A stretch of DNA of 64,000 nt from Candidatus Obscuribacterales bacterium. GTDB taxonomy: Bacteria > Cyanobacteriota > Vampirovibrionia > Obscuribacterales > Obscuribacteraceae. The position numbers were made by a program, and so were the translations under genes. Position 1 is the first letter of the stretch; each line of letters begins with the position of its first letter. The notes under the pieces are model-generated. The model did not search any database. It was not told the origin of the DNA and saw only the letters and a list, made by a program, of their open reading frames with translations. Below, one piece after another: positions 49,115 through 59,224 of the stretch. The DNA lies in NCBI GenBank assembly GCA_965228855.1, contig CBDDIJ010000005.1:1472001-1536000 (forward strand). The letters run 5' to 3'.

Positions 49115-50758
49115 TTAACGCAGCCACTCCAGTTTGAACGGTACAGCTTCCTGCTCGAGTTTCTCGAGGAATTTCGGAGGCAGACCTGAACCAACGTGTC
49201 GGCATTTGAAGAACCCTCTCGGGTCACGTCCTTCACGCTCGAGGTTGAAGAGCGTGGAGATAGCGATGGTTTCACCTTCCATACCGGTTATCTCTGCCAT
49301 TTCCGTACATCTTCTCGTACCGTCTTCTAGACGTCGGATCTGCAGAATAACCTCAATAGCTGACGCGATCAGTTCGCGCGCCGCTTTCTGAGGCATTTCC
49401 ATACCACCCATGAGGATCATGTTTTCCAAACGCTTGGTACAGTCCCGTGGATTGTTGGCGTGGATTGTAGTCATTGAGCCATCGTGACCGGTGTTCATGG
49501 CCTGCAACATGTCGAACGCTTCTTCTCCCCGACATTCCCCAAGGATGATTCTGTCGGGTCGCATACGTAGACAGTTGATAACGAGCATGCGCTGTGTGAT
49601 TTGACCACGTCCTTCTGTGTTCGGAGGACGAGTTTCCATCCGCACCCAGTGCTCGTGTTGCAATCTCAATTCAGCCGCGTCCTCAATGGTGATGATGCGT
49701 TCTCTCGGGTTGATGTGCGCCGAGAGTGCGTTCAACATTGTGGTTTTACCGGAACCTGTACCACCAGAGATGATCATGTTGATCCGCCCTTTGACACAGG
49801 CTTTGGCTACTTCAGCCATCTGTACGGAAAGCGCGCCTTTTTCAACGAGCTGACCGAGTGAAAGAATTGTTGTACCAAAGCATCGGATCGTGATTGTCGG
49901 TCCGTCGATGGTTACTGGAGGAATCGTTGCGTTTACCCGTGAACCGTTTGGAAGACGGGCGTCAACCATGGGGCTGTTGTCATCGAGACGTCTGCCCAGG
50001 GGCTGAATGATTTTGTCGATTGTCTGACGGAGGTGTCTGTCGTTTTCGAACGCTACGTTCGTTTTTTCCAGACGTCCGTGACGTTCCACGTACACGCTAG
50101 CTACTCCGTTGACGCAAATATCGCCGACGGACGGGTCGCGCAGTAGCGGACCGAGAGGACCGAATCCGAACACTTCGTCCAACACGTTCTGAAGAAGAAT
50201 ACCTTTCTCCATCATGGTGAGCGGCGCCGGATCAGAGTTTACGATTTCACGGATACGAGCGCGGACTTGCGCTTGCGTATCTTCGGAGATGTTGGTCAAA
50301 CGCGAAGTATCCAGCTCTCGTCTGAGCTGGTCGATGATGAACTTCTCGCGTTCACGAATCAATTGCTGGTTAGCAGAAAACTTACCAGAGTCGCCGCCGA
50401 CATCGACCGGCTCTTCGTGGTAAGCACTGTAATCATCTTTAGCGTCGATACGCTCGATTTCTTGTCGGCTTGGACCGTCGCCACCTTGAACAACTTGTCC
50501 GCCCTGCGCTCCACCTGGACGTCCACCGGCTACACCGGTCTGTGGTCCGCCGCCGCCTGGTCTGGCAATGCCGCCTTGACCTGGTGCCGGACCGCCTGGG
50601 CGTCCGCCCACTCCGGTTTGAGGACCTTGTCCTTGCACGCCTGTAGCTTTTTGCTGAGCTGGTGCAATTTGTGCGCTCTCACGCTGTTGACGTACCAGCT
50701 GTCCCATCAAAGACGAGGATGGTCGCGCTGGCAAATTCTCCTTTTTCTCTTCAGACAT
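49115..50758 (-). CDS. cpaF: Tad pilus ATPase CpaF/TadA
   Basis: [57 protein letters not shown]. Confidence 0.95.
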   Translation of the reverse strand: MSEEKKENLPARPSSSLMGQLVRQQRESAQIAPAQQKATGVQGQGPQTGVGGRPGGPAPGQGGIARPGGGGPQTGVAGGRPGGAQGGQVVQGGDGPSRQEIERIDAKDDYSAYHEEPVDVGGDSGKFSANQQLIREREKFIIDQLRRELDTSRLTNISEDTQAQVRARIREIVNSDPAPLTMMEKGILLQNVLDEVFGFGPLGPLLRDPSVGDICVNGVASVYVERHGRLEKTNVAFENDRHLRQTIDKIIQPLGRRLDDNSPMVDARLPNGSRVNATIPPVTIDGPTITIRCFGTTILSLGQLVEKGALSVQMAEVAKACVKGRINMIISGGTGSGKTTMLNALSAHINPRERIITIEDAAELRLQHEHWVRMETRPPNTEGRGQITQRMLVINCLRMRPDRIILGECRGEEAFDMLQAMNTGHDGSMTTIHANNPRDCTKRLENMILMGGMEMPQKAARELIASAIEVILQIRRLEDGTRRCTEMAEITGMEGETIAISTLFNLEREGRDPRGFFKCRHVGSGLPPKFLEKLEQEAVPFKLEWLR

Positions 50759-50775
50759 TTAGAACCACCTTGTAT

Positions 50776-51963
50776 CTATTTCTTTCCGCCACCGAACATA
50801 GCCGGCAAGCTGAAAGCGGCTTTCTTACCTTCTTTCTTTTCCGTGATGAGGAGCTGCTCTCCACCGGCGATACGGCGTGCGAGGGAGTCCAGCGATTTAC
50901 CTAAAGCGGTATGTCCGGGAGCGATTTGGCCCTGGTTGTTGACCCATTTAGCTGTCTTCGTGTCGTTCGGAATTTCATGGAAGACAGGGTAGTTCAAGTT
51001 GGCACGGCACTCAGACAGTACGTCTTGAGGAAGCCACTCTGAACGGTTGACCACGAGCAACAGTTTTTCCTGGTTATAGTGAGCCTTGAATGTGTCCAAG
51101 CACTTTCTGGCGTTCAGGATAGCTGCCCAGTTGTATTCCGTGATGACCAGCACGTGGTCAGCAAGGTCTAGTGTCGCAATTGCCCGCTCGTCAAGAAGGT
51201 TCTTCGGCAGGTCAACTACAGTGAAACGAAATTCTTGTTTTGACGTATATAGGATCTCTTGAACTTGAGCGGCATAGATATCGCCGATGTCTTCCAGTTC
51301 AGGAGGTGCAGCCAGGATGCTGAGCTTGTCGTCATATCTGGTCATGAGGTTACGCAGATATGTGGCATCGAAGTTGGTGTGCGAGAAGTCGATAGTACTC
51401 AAACTGAATGAAGGTTCGAGGTTCAAATAGTGAGAAACCATGCCGAACTGCAAGTCGAGGTCTACGATGCAGGTCTCACCATACTTGCCGAGGTAGCCAC
51501 CAAGGTTGGTGACCAGAGTGGTGGCACCGATACCGCCTGTCGGCGAGAAGATGGCGACCACTTTACCCGCAGCGGTTGATACCGATTCGGACTGGTGCTT
51601 CAACTGGATAGATTGAACGGCAGCCGGCAAGTCCGTCCGCCAACGTTCAGCATCCAGGAAGTCGGACGCCCCGAGTCGATACGCGGTGCGGATCAACTCG
51701 GGGTCCGGTACTTCGTAGCTTACAAAGAAATAGAGTTGAGGGAATGTTTCTCTCAATTCGGCCAACAGTGAAAGTCCGCGCACGGGGGCGGGGCTTAATT
51801 CAATCCACACCAACTTCGGGTGCAAACTACCGATCTGTTCTCGAGCCATACTGCCTGACACCGTGCTCACCAGAGCGAGCGACGGCTGGCTGTGGATCAG
51901 ATCCTCAATGGTTTGTCTCTTATCCAAACCGGCGTCACAGACAAGAAGTGTGGTTAGTTTCAT
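50776..51963 (-). CDS. cpaE: Tad pilus localisation protein CpaE/TadZ
   Basis: Pseudo-receiver plus MinD-like domain, degenerate Walker A SPTGGIGATT, DLDLQFG. Confidence 0.9.
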   Translation of the reverse strand: MKLTTLLVCDAGLDKRQTIEDLIHSQPSLALVSTVSGSMAREQIGSLHPKLVWIELSPAPVRGLSLLAELRETFPQLYFFVSYEVPDPELIRTAYRLGASDFLDAERWRTDLPAAVQSIQLKHQSESVSTAAGKVVAIFSPTGGIGATTLVTNLGGYLGKYGETCIVDLDLQFGMVSHYLNLEPSFSLSTIDFSHTNFDATYLRNLMTRYDDKLSILAAPPELEDIGDIYAAQVQEILYTSKQEFRFTVVDLPKNLLDERAIATLDLADHVLVITEYNWAAILNARKCLDTFKAHYNQEKLLLVVNRSEWLPQDVLSECRANLNYPVFHEIPNDTKTAKWVNNQGQIAPGHTALGKSLDSLARRIAGGEQLLITEKKEGKKAAFSLPAMFGGGKK

Positions 51964-52049
51964 GACTTTAAGCGTTCTCCCCCATTGCCGACAGCCCTTA
52001 GAGTGTTGTACCCACTAAAAGGCAATTGTTCACTTGATTCCAATAAGTT

Positions 52050-53024
52050 CTAGCTTTTTGGAACCGAGAGTACATCTTTCTTACTGCCGGACCAAATCTC
52101 TATTTCGTGTAGTGGTGGCGGCGGTGGTGCTGCCGATGGAAGCTCTCCACCCATTCCGCCGTCCGGTAGTGCTGGCAGATCGCCACCGTCCGGAGCGCCT
52201 GGAACAGGCGGCGGAGGTAGTGCCGACGGAGGAGGCAGTGCGGACAGATCGTCAGCTTGCTTCTCCGGTGCTTTCGCGAAGAGCGAAATCACATCTACTG
52301 TAGCTACCGGGGTGTGGTCCTTTTCGTTTCTCAAGGTCAAATAGAGCTTGGAAGCGCTGATTGACTTGATCAACTTGCCTGCATCTTCAGGAGATACAAG
52401 GACTGTAACCGAGTTAGCAGGTACTGCTGCTGTGCCGCCTGGCTGCTTTTGGTACATTTGACCAACTGCAATTACTTCGACATCCGACAATACTGGTGCA
52501 ACTTTTGTCTCTGCTCCGGAACCGACCATGGCATACGCATCCACGCGGCTTTCAGGAGTGACAAATCCAGCAACACCGGAGTTGTTGTCGACGGCAAATG
52601 TTACCGCGCGCATACCTTCACGGAGTCTGGATTCAAATCCGAGCGAAATGCCCTGTGGAGCAAGGTCGTGTTGCGAAACAATTTGACCTTGAGAGATTCC
52701 GTACTTGGCGACACGACCAGCGGCGAGTGAGCCGGAGGTCAAGGCGTCTTGAGGAATCTTCGATTGCTCGATCTCTTTTTCTTCGAGAGCATCGCTAGGA
52801 ATTGTTTGTCCTTCAGGAATATCTTTAATCGCATACACGACTTTCCCTTTGGCACTCATTTTTGCTTCAAGGTCTTTCTTTTTCGCTTCGAGCTCTTGCT
52901 CTTGCTGACTCATACGGCCTGTAACCATCATGGTAACCAAGACAGCCAAACCGATGATGATCAGCAACATAAGTGCTGGAGGCATCCGGGAAAGACTCAA
53001 GAATAACGCTCGTAATGGGTTCAT
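52050..53024 (-). CDS. cpaB: Flp pilus assembly protein CpaB/RcpC
   Basis: SAF domain VVYAIKDIPEG; GMRAVT..GVAGFVTPESRVD; VLSDVEVIAVGQ. Confidence 0.92.
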   Translation of the reverse strand: MNPLRALFLSLSRMPPALMLLIIIGLAVLVTMMVTGRMSQQEQELEAKKKDLEAKMSAKGKVVYAIKDIPEGQTIPSDALEEKEIEQSKIPQDALTSGSLAAGRVAKYGISQGQIVSQHDLAPQGISLGFESRLREGMRAVTFAVDNNSGVAGFVTPESRVDAYAMVGSGAETKVAPVLSDVEVIAVGQMYQKQPGGTAAVPANSVTVLVSPEDAGKLIKSISASKLYLTLRNEKDHTPVATVDVISLFAKAPEKQADDLSALPPPSALPPPPVPGAPDGGDLPALPDGGMGGELPSAAPPPPPLHEIEIWSGSKKDVLSVPKS

Positions 53025-54122
53025 TACGGTTCCCCCTTCTTTCTAGTAGAGAAAGATTAACCAATTACTATTAACGCACATCGGCGATACAAGGACAACA
53101 AGGGTCGTCCCGCCCGCGCCCAAAAATCTTTTACCCTTTCCGGACACAGGTACTAACAGTTACGGATCTTACAAGCAAACGGCGGGGTTCGCACACGGCA
53201 AAGTCGCGCTTGAGATCTAGGTTTTACGAAAGTATGCATTTACAAGGTCGCAGCCGAATGCCAAGAATTACCAGTCACCTGACAATTCTTTTCTGGACAT
53301 AAACCCTTTCAGTCAAAAAAACCAATTCACCCAATGCCTGATAACATCCGGTTTCCAACAACCTCCAACGCCAACGCAGTCAATCGGCTCGTTGTCACGC
53401 GGCTAGCTCCTCACGGCTGTCAAGCCGCTTGTGCAGACGCTTTTCGCTTGACTAGTGGAAACAAAAAACAACAAGCGCCGTCTCACTCAGCATCGCGAGC
53501 AAGAAATCATCCCTTGATTTCTTGTGCGCTAACCTGCCACTGAGGGAGAAAATCCTGGCAAATACAAATCCGGTTAAAGACGCGAATCCCCCCGCTCACT
53601 GGATCTGGAAGCAAAACAAAACGCTTGACTTCATGCGGGTTTTGTACGACCCTCAATGACGAAATTGCACGCGATCAACGACCGCAATTTTTCGCTTGAA
53701 GCCATCAAATAAATTTTTACGCCAACGCAAAATATTTTGCGCTGAGCCTCAACAACGCTTCACAATCATCTCAAGCGGAAACCGGTCCAACGACCAGCGT
53801 TGGGAAATCTGGTCGGACATTTCGGATCGGGCCATCTGGTCCGACTCCGTCTACAAACTGATTTTCTATACTCAATTCTTGTCGAAGAAAACCTGCGAAA
53901 TCACGATGATTGCTGGTTTTCGCGCAGATAGGAAGCGGACTAGCAACTAGCGACACGAATCGTTCGACACTCTAAGCGAGCATGTGAGCTCCGGCGACCC
54001 TAGTCGTCACCGAATACGCAGGTCCCACGACGATCGCCCACGACAATCGTTTTCGCGAGCGTACCACATGGCTGAAACCCTGCCTCTGCTACATCAACGC
54101 GCTATGCATCCCGACAACGCGA

Positions 54123-54148
54123 AAGGGGAAGGCTCTCGCCTTCCCCTT
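54123..54148 (-). terminator. Stable hairpin/terminator after flp
   Basis: AAGGGGAAGGC-GAGA-GCCTTCCCCTT on the minus strand. Confidence 0.75.
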
Positions 54149-54175
54149 CCTTGATCTTGAACTTGAAACGGACGC

Positions 54176-54373
54176 TTAGGACGAAGATGCCGCAGCAGCC
54201 GACAGGTCATTGAGCTTCTGAACAACCGACGAGAATGCTCTCGAGATTGCAGCTGCCAATGCGCCTTGGGTGATAGCAAACACCAGAGCCACAAGGATAG
54301 CTACGAACGCCAAGATAGCGCCGTATTCTGTAATACCTTGTCCAGACTCGTCCTTAATAAAACGATCGATCAT
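54176..54373 (-). CDS. flp: Flp family type IVb pilin
   Basis: FIKDESG|QGITEYG then hydrophobic helix; AGGAGG RBS. Confidence 0.95.
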   Translation of the reverse strand: MIDRFIKDESGQGITEYGAILAFVAILVALVFAITQGALAAAISRAFSSVVQKLNDLSAAAASSS

Positions 54374-54640
54374 AGAAAAACCTCCTAAATGCTGCCCGCT
54401 ATCATAACGTCACTCCAACGGAGCGAAACAAGACAACATTTCCTTTTGTAAATTTTTTAGTAACAATACCACTGTACAAAACCGAAGTTAAACACCACTT
54501 TTTTCGGACTATCACCTCCTACTTCGATGTACCTTCTCGTTATGCCCTTGCGGAAGAAAAATCAACGTCGCAGTTGCATCTCGTTAAAACCATCTTATCC
54601 CGCACCTTCGATCTCGCCTAGTCCCCCTCCAAACTTTTTC

Positions 54641-54668
54641 TTGACAATCCCGTCAAAAAGTCTAGAAT
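54641..54668 (+). promoter_or_regulatory. Sigma70 promoter overlapped by palindrome TTGAC-N6-GTCAA
   Basis: TTGACA-N16-TAGAAT; inverted repeat 54641-54656. Confidence 0.6.
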
Positions 54669-54869
54669 TCGGAAAGCGCAGGCACGAATGAGGCATTTTT
54701 CGGGACGTCGATGCTCGACGTCGCCCGTTACACATTGCAACAATTCGTCCCGTAAACTCTTTTCAGTCTCTAGACTCGATCATAGGTACTTCTGTCAGAA
54801 GTGGCTCTATATAAGCATTTGAGCCGGTCCAGAAGACGCAGTTTCTATTCCGAATTGGAGAGCCCTGGG

Positions 54870-55850
54870 ATGTCAGAATCCGGCATAAAACAAGAACGCA
54901 TTTATGCCGCGATCGAAAAAGTCAGAGCTTACCTCAAAACGCAGCAATTACCAGACGGATCATGGTCCTTTAAACCCGGTCTGACTGAGCCTTCGCTGGA
55001 AGCAACGGCATGGGTGAGTCTTGCCCTTCAGGGCGAATCTGATCTTATAGAGAAGGTTTTTTCCTTCTACATCTCCGCACAGAATGCTGACGGCGGTTTC
55101 GCAACGGCGCCTAACATGGGCAATTCAAGCTGGATCACCGGTCCAGTGGTGCTTTCGATGCGCAACCTCAAAGACGAAATAAAGCAGCCCCTTCTATCTA
55201 AAGAGATCGAAAAATCTCTGGACCGAGCCCTTACATATATGTGCGATTCACGGGTCGAGTTTTATCCTGCCGTTGCCCGGCTCTTACTACTGATTTCCAA
55301 AGGCCCTGAGAGTTTGCGGTATTCGCGGGGATGGCCTTGGGACAAGCAATGTTTTCACTGGGTGGAACCGACTACATACAATCTGCTAGCGCTGAAGACA
55401 CTCGGCATGCCACCGGCTCATAAAGGCTACTTCCAGGAAATTACTGATATCGCAGAGAAGTTCATCCTTGAACATTCCTGCAAAGCTGGTGGCTGGAACC
55501 ACGGCAACAATATAACTCTTGGTTCCGACCTTCCGCCGTATAGGGTGACTACTGCTGAAGCACTGCTTGCTGTTCAGGAATATAAAAACAAAAAACAGGT
55601 CGCCGATGCGCTGGCTTATCTAGAATCGCTGAGCAACGAAGATACATCCTCAATGGCATTGGCCTGGTCCAGCCTCGCACTCAATGCCTACGGAAAAGAC
55701 AATACGAAGGAAAACGAGTTTCTCCTGCAACGCCAACGAGATGATGGTAGTTTCGGTGACAACCTGATGGTCGATGCTTTGGCTTGCCTCGCGCTGAAAT
55801 CGGTCAACAAAAATATCTTGAAGTATCAGGAGGCGCCGAGCAAAACATGA
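54870..55850 (+). CDS. Prenyltransferase/squalene-cyclase (QW) repeat protein
   Basis: QQLPDGSW, AQNADGGF, GGWNHGN, RQRDDGSF; GGAG RBS before ATG 54870. Confidence 0.8.
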   Translation: MSESGIKQERIYAAIEKVRAYLKTQQLPDGSWSFKPGLTEPSLEATAWVSLALQGESDLIEKVFSFYISAQNADGGFATAPNMGNSSWITGPVVLSMRNLKDEIKQPLLSKEIEKSLDRALTYMCDSRVEFYPAVARLLLLISKGPESLRYSRGWPWDKQCFHWVEPTTYNLLALKTLGMPPAHKGYFQEITDIAEKFILEHSCKAGGWNHGNNITLGSDLPPYRVTTAEALLAVQEYKNKKQVADALAYLESLSNEDTSSMALAWSSLALNAYGKDNTKENEFLLQRQRDDGSFGDNLMVDALACLALKSVNKNILKYQEAPSKT

Positions 55851-56896
55851 AGAGACGCGACTTTCTAAAAACCGCGGCCGGAGCTGTCGCCGCAACATCA
55901 CTCGGCGCATCCTGCGACAATGAAACTGAATCGCGCCACGTTCCCAAACAAATCAAAGTCACTGACGAGCAGATGCAGTTGAGGCGCAAAGAGCGTTCGA
56001 CCGTGGTGCTGATGCCATGCGATTCATACGAACAGGACATTCTGCAGTTACTTATCGCAAACGCAGATAAAGTCAAAATGCCTGATGTGAAGGGCAAGCG
56101 TGTAGTTTTGAAACCGAATATGGTCGAGTACCGCGACGAGAAAACTCCGGTAACAACAAATCCGGCCGTTTTAAAAGCAGCTATTCAACTGTGCAAACAC
56201 TTTGGTGCCGGCGAAATCATTGTCGCCGAAGGACCAGGACACATGCGGGATACGGAGTTCCTGCTCAACGCCACCGGACTTGGTGCAGCGGTGAAGGAGA
56301 TGGATGTTCCCTTTGTCGATCTAAACCTGGACGATATCGTCAAAGTGAAAAACATCACGGCATTCAATAAACTGGAAGACTTCTATCTTCCGAAAACCAT
56401 TGTGGGAGCCGATGTCGTAATCTCGGTTCCAAAACTGAAAACGCATCACTGGGTAGGTGTGACCTGCTCAATGAAAAACCTTTTTGGAGTGGTGCCCGGA
56501 CGTAAATACGGCTGGCCTAAAAATATTTTGCATAAGAAAGGAATTCCGAATTCGATCATCGACCTTCAACACATGGTCAAACCAGCGTTTGCAATCGTCG
56601 ATGCTATAGTGGCAATGGAAGGCGACGGTCCTATCAATGGCACCGCTATCAATACCAATTTCATCGCCATGAGCGACGACCTTGCCGCTCTCGACTCTAC
56701 GCTTGTGCGCATCACAGAGATCGATCCCTACGAGCTTTCATACATAGTGCTCGCCGGAAAAGTCGTGGGCAACATCGATCCCGCTGAAATCGACGTCGTC
56801 GGTGCCACGATCGACGAGCTCAAGAAACCGTTCAAGCGACCCATTACGCTAGACAAACCAGAATTACTGGTACAAGCCGCCGACGCAGGAAGTTAG
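55847..56896 (+). CDS. DUF362 domain protein with Tat (lipoprotein) signal
   Basis: KRRDFLK..LGASC; VLKPN, VPKLKTH, SMKNLFG, MEGDGP; ATGA overlap with the upstream stop. Confidence 0.88.
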   Translation: MKRRDFLKTAAGAVAATSLGASCDNETESRHVPKQIKVTDEQMQLRRKERSTVVLMPCDSYEQDILQLLIANADKVKMPDVKGKRVVLKPNMVEYRDEKTPVTTNPAVLKAAIQLCKHFGAGEIIVAEGPGHMRDTEFLLNATGLGAAVKEMDVPFVDLNLDDIVKVKNITAFNKLEDFYLPKTIVGADVVISVPKLKTHHWVGVTCSMKNLFGVVPGRKYGWPKNILHKKGIPNSIIDLQHMVKPAFAIVDAIVAMEGDGPINGTAINTNFIAMSDDLAALDSTLVRITEIDPYELSYIVLAGKVVGNIDPAEIDVVGATIDELKKPFKRPITLDKPELLVQAADAGS

Positions 56897-56981
56897 TCAT
56901 AAGACGGAAGACTGAGTCGACTTCACACGACGGTCCCGGTGACGATACCGTGAGGCGGCGGCCGTAACTCGGGAGGAGGCG

Positions 56982-57407
56982 TCAGGCAGACGGCAAGTAA
57001 TTTGGCTCGATATCGAGGCGTTTAAAAACGGCGTTCACTGCCGCCCAGGTCCTTTTTCTGTATTCGCGGACTCCTGGCGACGAGCTTGCAACACCGCATT
57101 CCATGAGTGAAACCATACGTCCTTCAGGCCAGGCAGAGACCGGCAAATCTAGAAGAAATTTTTCCAATTCATCAACCTTGATTTTACGGTTCTTGCGCGG
57201 TTTTCCATAAGCAATGATCATCTCGTTATCATAAATGGTGATAGAGGGATTGATGCCTTTTCCCCGCGATTGATTGGGTTTCACTGTCTTGATTCTCGGA
57301 TCGAGTTTTCTTCCATTACCGTCAGCGGCACTAACAGACATGATTGGTGGCACTGAGAGCAACATAAGAAACGCCAGCCATGACGCTAAGACCGTGGGTT
57401 TTCGCAT
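56982..57407 (-). CDS. Secreted hypothetical protein
   Basis: Signal-peptide-like N-terminus; lies at the end of the glycosylation gene run. Confidence 0.65.
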   Translation of the reverse strand: MRKPTVLASWLAFLMLLSVPPIMSVSAADGNGRKLDPRIKTVKPNQSRGKGINPSITIYDNEMIIAYGKPRKNRKIKVDELEKFLLDLPVSAWPEGRMVSLMECGVASSSPGVREYRKRTWAAVNAVFKRLDIEPNYLPSA

Positions 57408-57478
57408 ATAGCAATTCTGCATTCACGCCCCCTTCTACTGGAACTTTCCAGGCCCTGATATCAGATTCTCAACCTCCG

Positions 57479-58087
57479 CTATGGAAAGGCTTCCCGCCAT
57501 CTCGGAATATTGTAATGCTTCGTACAAATCGCATCGAAGATGATGCCTTCTTCTTTCAACCTGTCTCGATAGACAGGTACGTCATCGGGGCGCCCCTGCA
57601 GCTCGGGCGATACCAGACAGAGCTTAAACCCGCAATTCTTCAAATGCGAATACACATCCTTCGAAATCGGTAGAAATGAAAAGCAGTCGACCCAGACCCA
57701 ATCGACCAGACCTTCCAGTTTCATTACTGTATCGATGGATTCGTATTCTGAGAAACGAACCGCCGAGCGCGTTTCACCTCGCTGCACAAGTTGATAAATC
57801 ATTGGGAACGACGAGTCGAGAAAGAAATAGTTTTCTATCTTGTACTTCTGCAGCAATTCCAAAATCTTGAACTCGATGCGCTCACTCTTAACGTTCAAAA
57901 TCAACGTACCATGTTTATAACCTGCAAAAAACGGCTCTGCGTCCTCGCCGTCAGTAAACGGATCATGCTGCAGAATCAAACGTTCGCCGCGATCACGCAA
58001 ATCTATTTCCACACCAAACTCGTGCGGAATTTCTGCGAGACCGCTCACGGTGTTTATTCGGTGAGCAATATAATGAACATTCGACAT
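57479..58087 (-). CDS. GDPD/PI-PLC-like phosphodiesterase
   Basis: IAHRIN, GVEIDLR, HDP, LNVK, WVWVD, AICT. Confidence 0.8.
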   Translation of the reverse strand: MSNVHYIAHRINTVSGLAEIPHEFGVEIDLRDRGERLILQHDPFTDGEDAEPFFAGYKHGTLILNVKSERIEFKILELLQKYKIENYFFLDSSFPMIYQLVQRGETRSAVRFSEYESIDTVMKLEGLVDWVWVDCFSFLPISKDVYSHLKNCGFKLCLVSPELQGRPDDVPVYRDRLKEEGIIFDAICTKHYNIPRWREAFP

Positions 58088-58091
58088 CCTA

Positions 58092-58802
58092 TTATTGCTC
58101 CTTCAGAGCGCGTTTCAGCTTAACGCTGAACTCTAGTGTTCGTTTAATAAATTTCCATTTGGCACCAAGACTGGTGTTCCACTTAGAGGTTCCATGAAGG
58201 CGCTCGGTGAACTCGACGTCAAATCTGTGAATGCGAAGATTGCGTTTCTGAGCCAAGTACAGCGCATATAGGTCAAGAGAGAAATCGTCCGGTGGATTCG
58301 TCCATTGTTCTAAAAAAGAACGATGAAAAATATTAGGCTGCGCATTTATATCCCAAAGCGCACCACCAAGATATGCAGATTCAAAAATGCTCATGCCGCA
58401 CGTGAAAACATTGTCCACAAGCGGCCGCCCGCGGCGCTGCCCTTTAACATACATATTTTGAGGATCGGAATTGAACTCCAGAATGTCGAGCGCTTTAATT
58501 ATGTCGTGCGGATCGGTTTGCATGTCCGCATGCGTCCAGCCGACGTAATCTGACGTCAGAGCCCTTAGCCCATGCACAATTCCATAGCCGTAACCTTTGT
58601 TGACCGGCACGCGAGCCGTTTTCGCAAAGGGGTACTGCGGCAGCAATTCAGCAATGACCTGCGGCGAATTATCCGTAGAACCATTGTCGAGCAAAAGCAA
58701 CTCAACATCCGGACGAGTACATACGGACTTGAAGCGCTCCAAAATCAGCGGAATATTTTTCTCCTCGTTGTAGCAAGGAATTACGACGCTTAGCTTGCTC
58801 AC
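58092..58802 (-). CDS. GT2 glycosyltransferase (polyprenol-phosphate sugar synthase-like)
   Basis: SVVIPCYNEE, DNGSTD, NKGYG, HADMQTDP, ERLHGTSKW. Confidence 0.9.
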   Translation of the reverse strand: MSKLSVVIPCYNEEKNIPLILERFKSVCTRPDVELLLLDNGSTDNSPQVIAELLPQYPFAKTARVPVNKGYGYGIVHGLRALTSDYVGWTHADMQTDPHDIIKALDILEFNSDPQNMYVKGQRRGRPLVDNVFTCGMSIFESAYLGGALWDINAQPNIFHRSFLEQWTNPPDDFSLDLYALYLAQKRNLRIHRFDVEFTERLHGTSKWNTSLGAKWKFIKRTLEFSVKLKRALKEQ

Positions 58803-59224
58803 TCGGTTTGCGCCTCCTCTGTCGATTTAAACACCCAAAATTTTTGACCGAGAAAGTTTAGAACGGTGCTTGTTCCAGTCGCAGCAAGGAACGCAAATTG
58901 CGCCTCGTACGGTTTCAACATCGGTATCAATGTTGGCGCCACATCAAGCGTCACGCGGTTTACAGCCACATTAGCGCCAAGAGTGGATAAATAAAGGCAG
59001 ATGAATTTAACGATTTCAATGTGCGAGCGCTTCGGTTTCTTGAAAGTCCAAAATTTGTTCAGTAAAAACGCAACGATCGTTCCGGCAATGAAAGAGATCG
59101 CTTTTGAGATCGAAGGCGGCAAAAACGGTAGCAGCAGGAAGTAAACAGCCGTGTCGCAAGCGACTGCACTACCTCCAGCGACGAGGAAACGCTTTATTTC
59201 ACCTGGATTTGCTTTTTCTGGCAT
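58799..59224 (-). CDS. GtrA family flippase
   Basis: Four TMs; RFLVAG, LNKFWTF, NFLGQKFWVF. Confidence 0.9.
   Translation of the reverse strand: MPEKANPGEIKRFLVAGGSAVACDTAVYFLLLPFLPPSISKAISFIAGTIVAFLLNKFWTFKKPKRSHIEIVKFICLYLSTLGANVAVNRVTLDVAPTLIPMLKPYEAQFAFLAATGTSTVLNFLGQKFWVFKSTEEAQTE

Noticed and set aside
53025..54640. c-di-GMP riboswitch upstream of tad genes
   Set aside because: Could not find the GGCAAAC..GAAA..GACGCAAAGC arrangement on the minus strand by eye; needs Infernal
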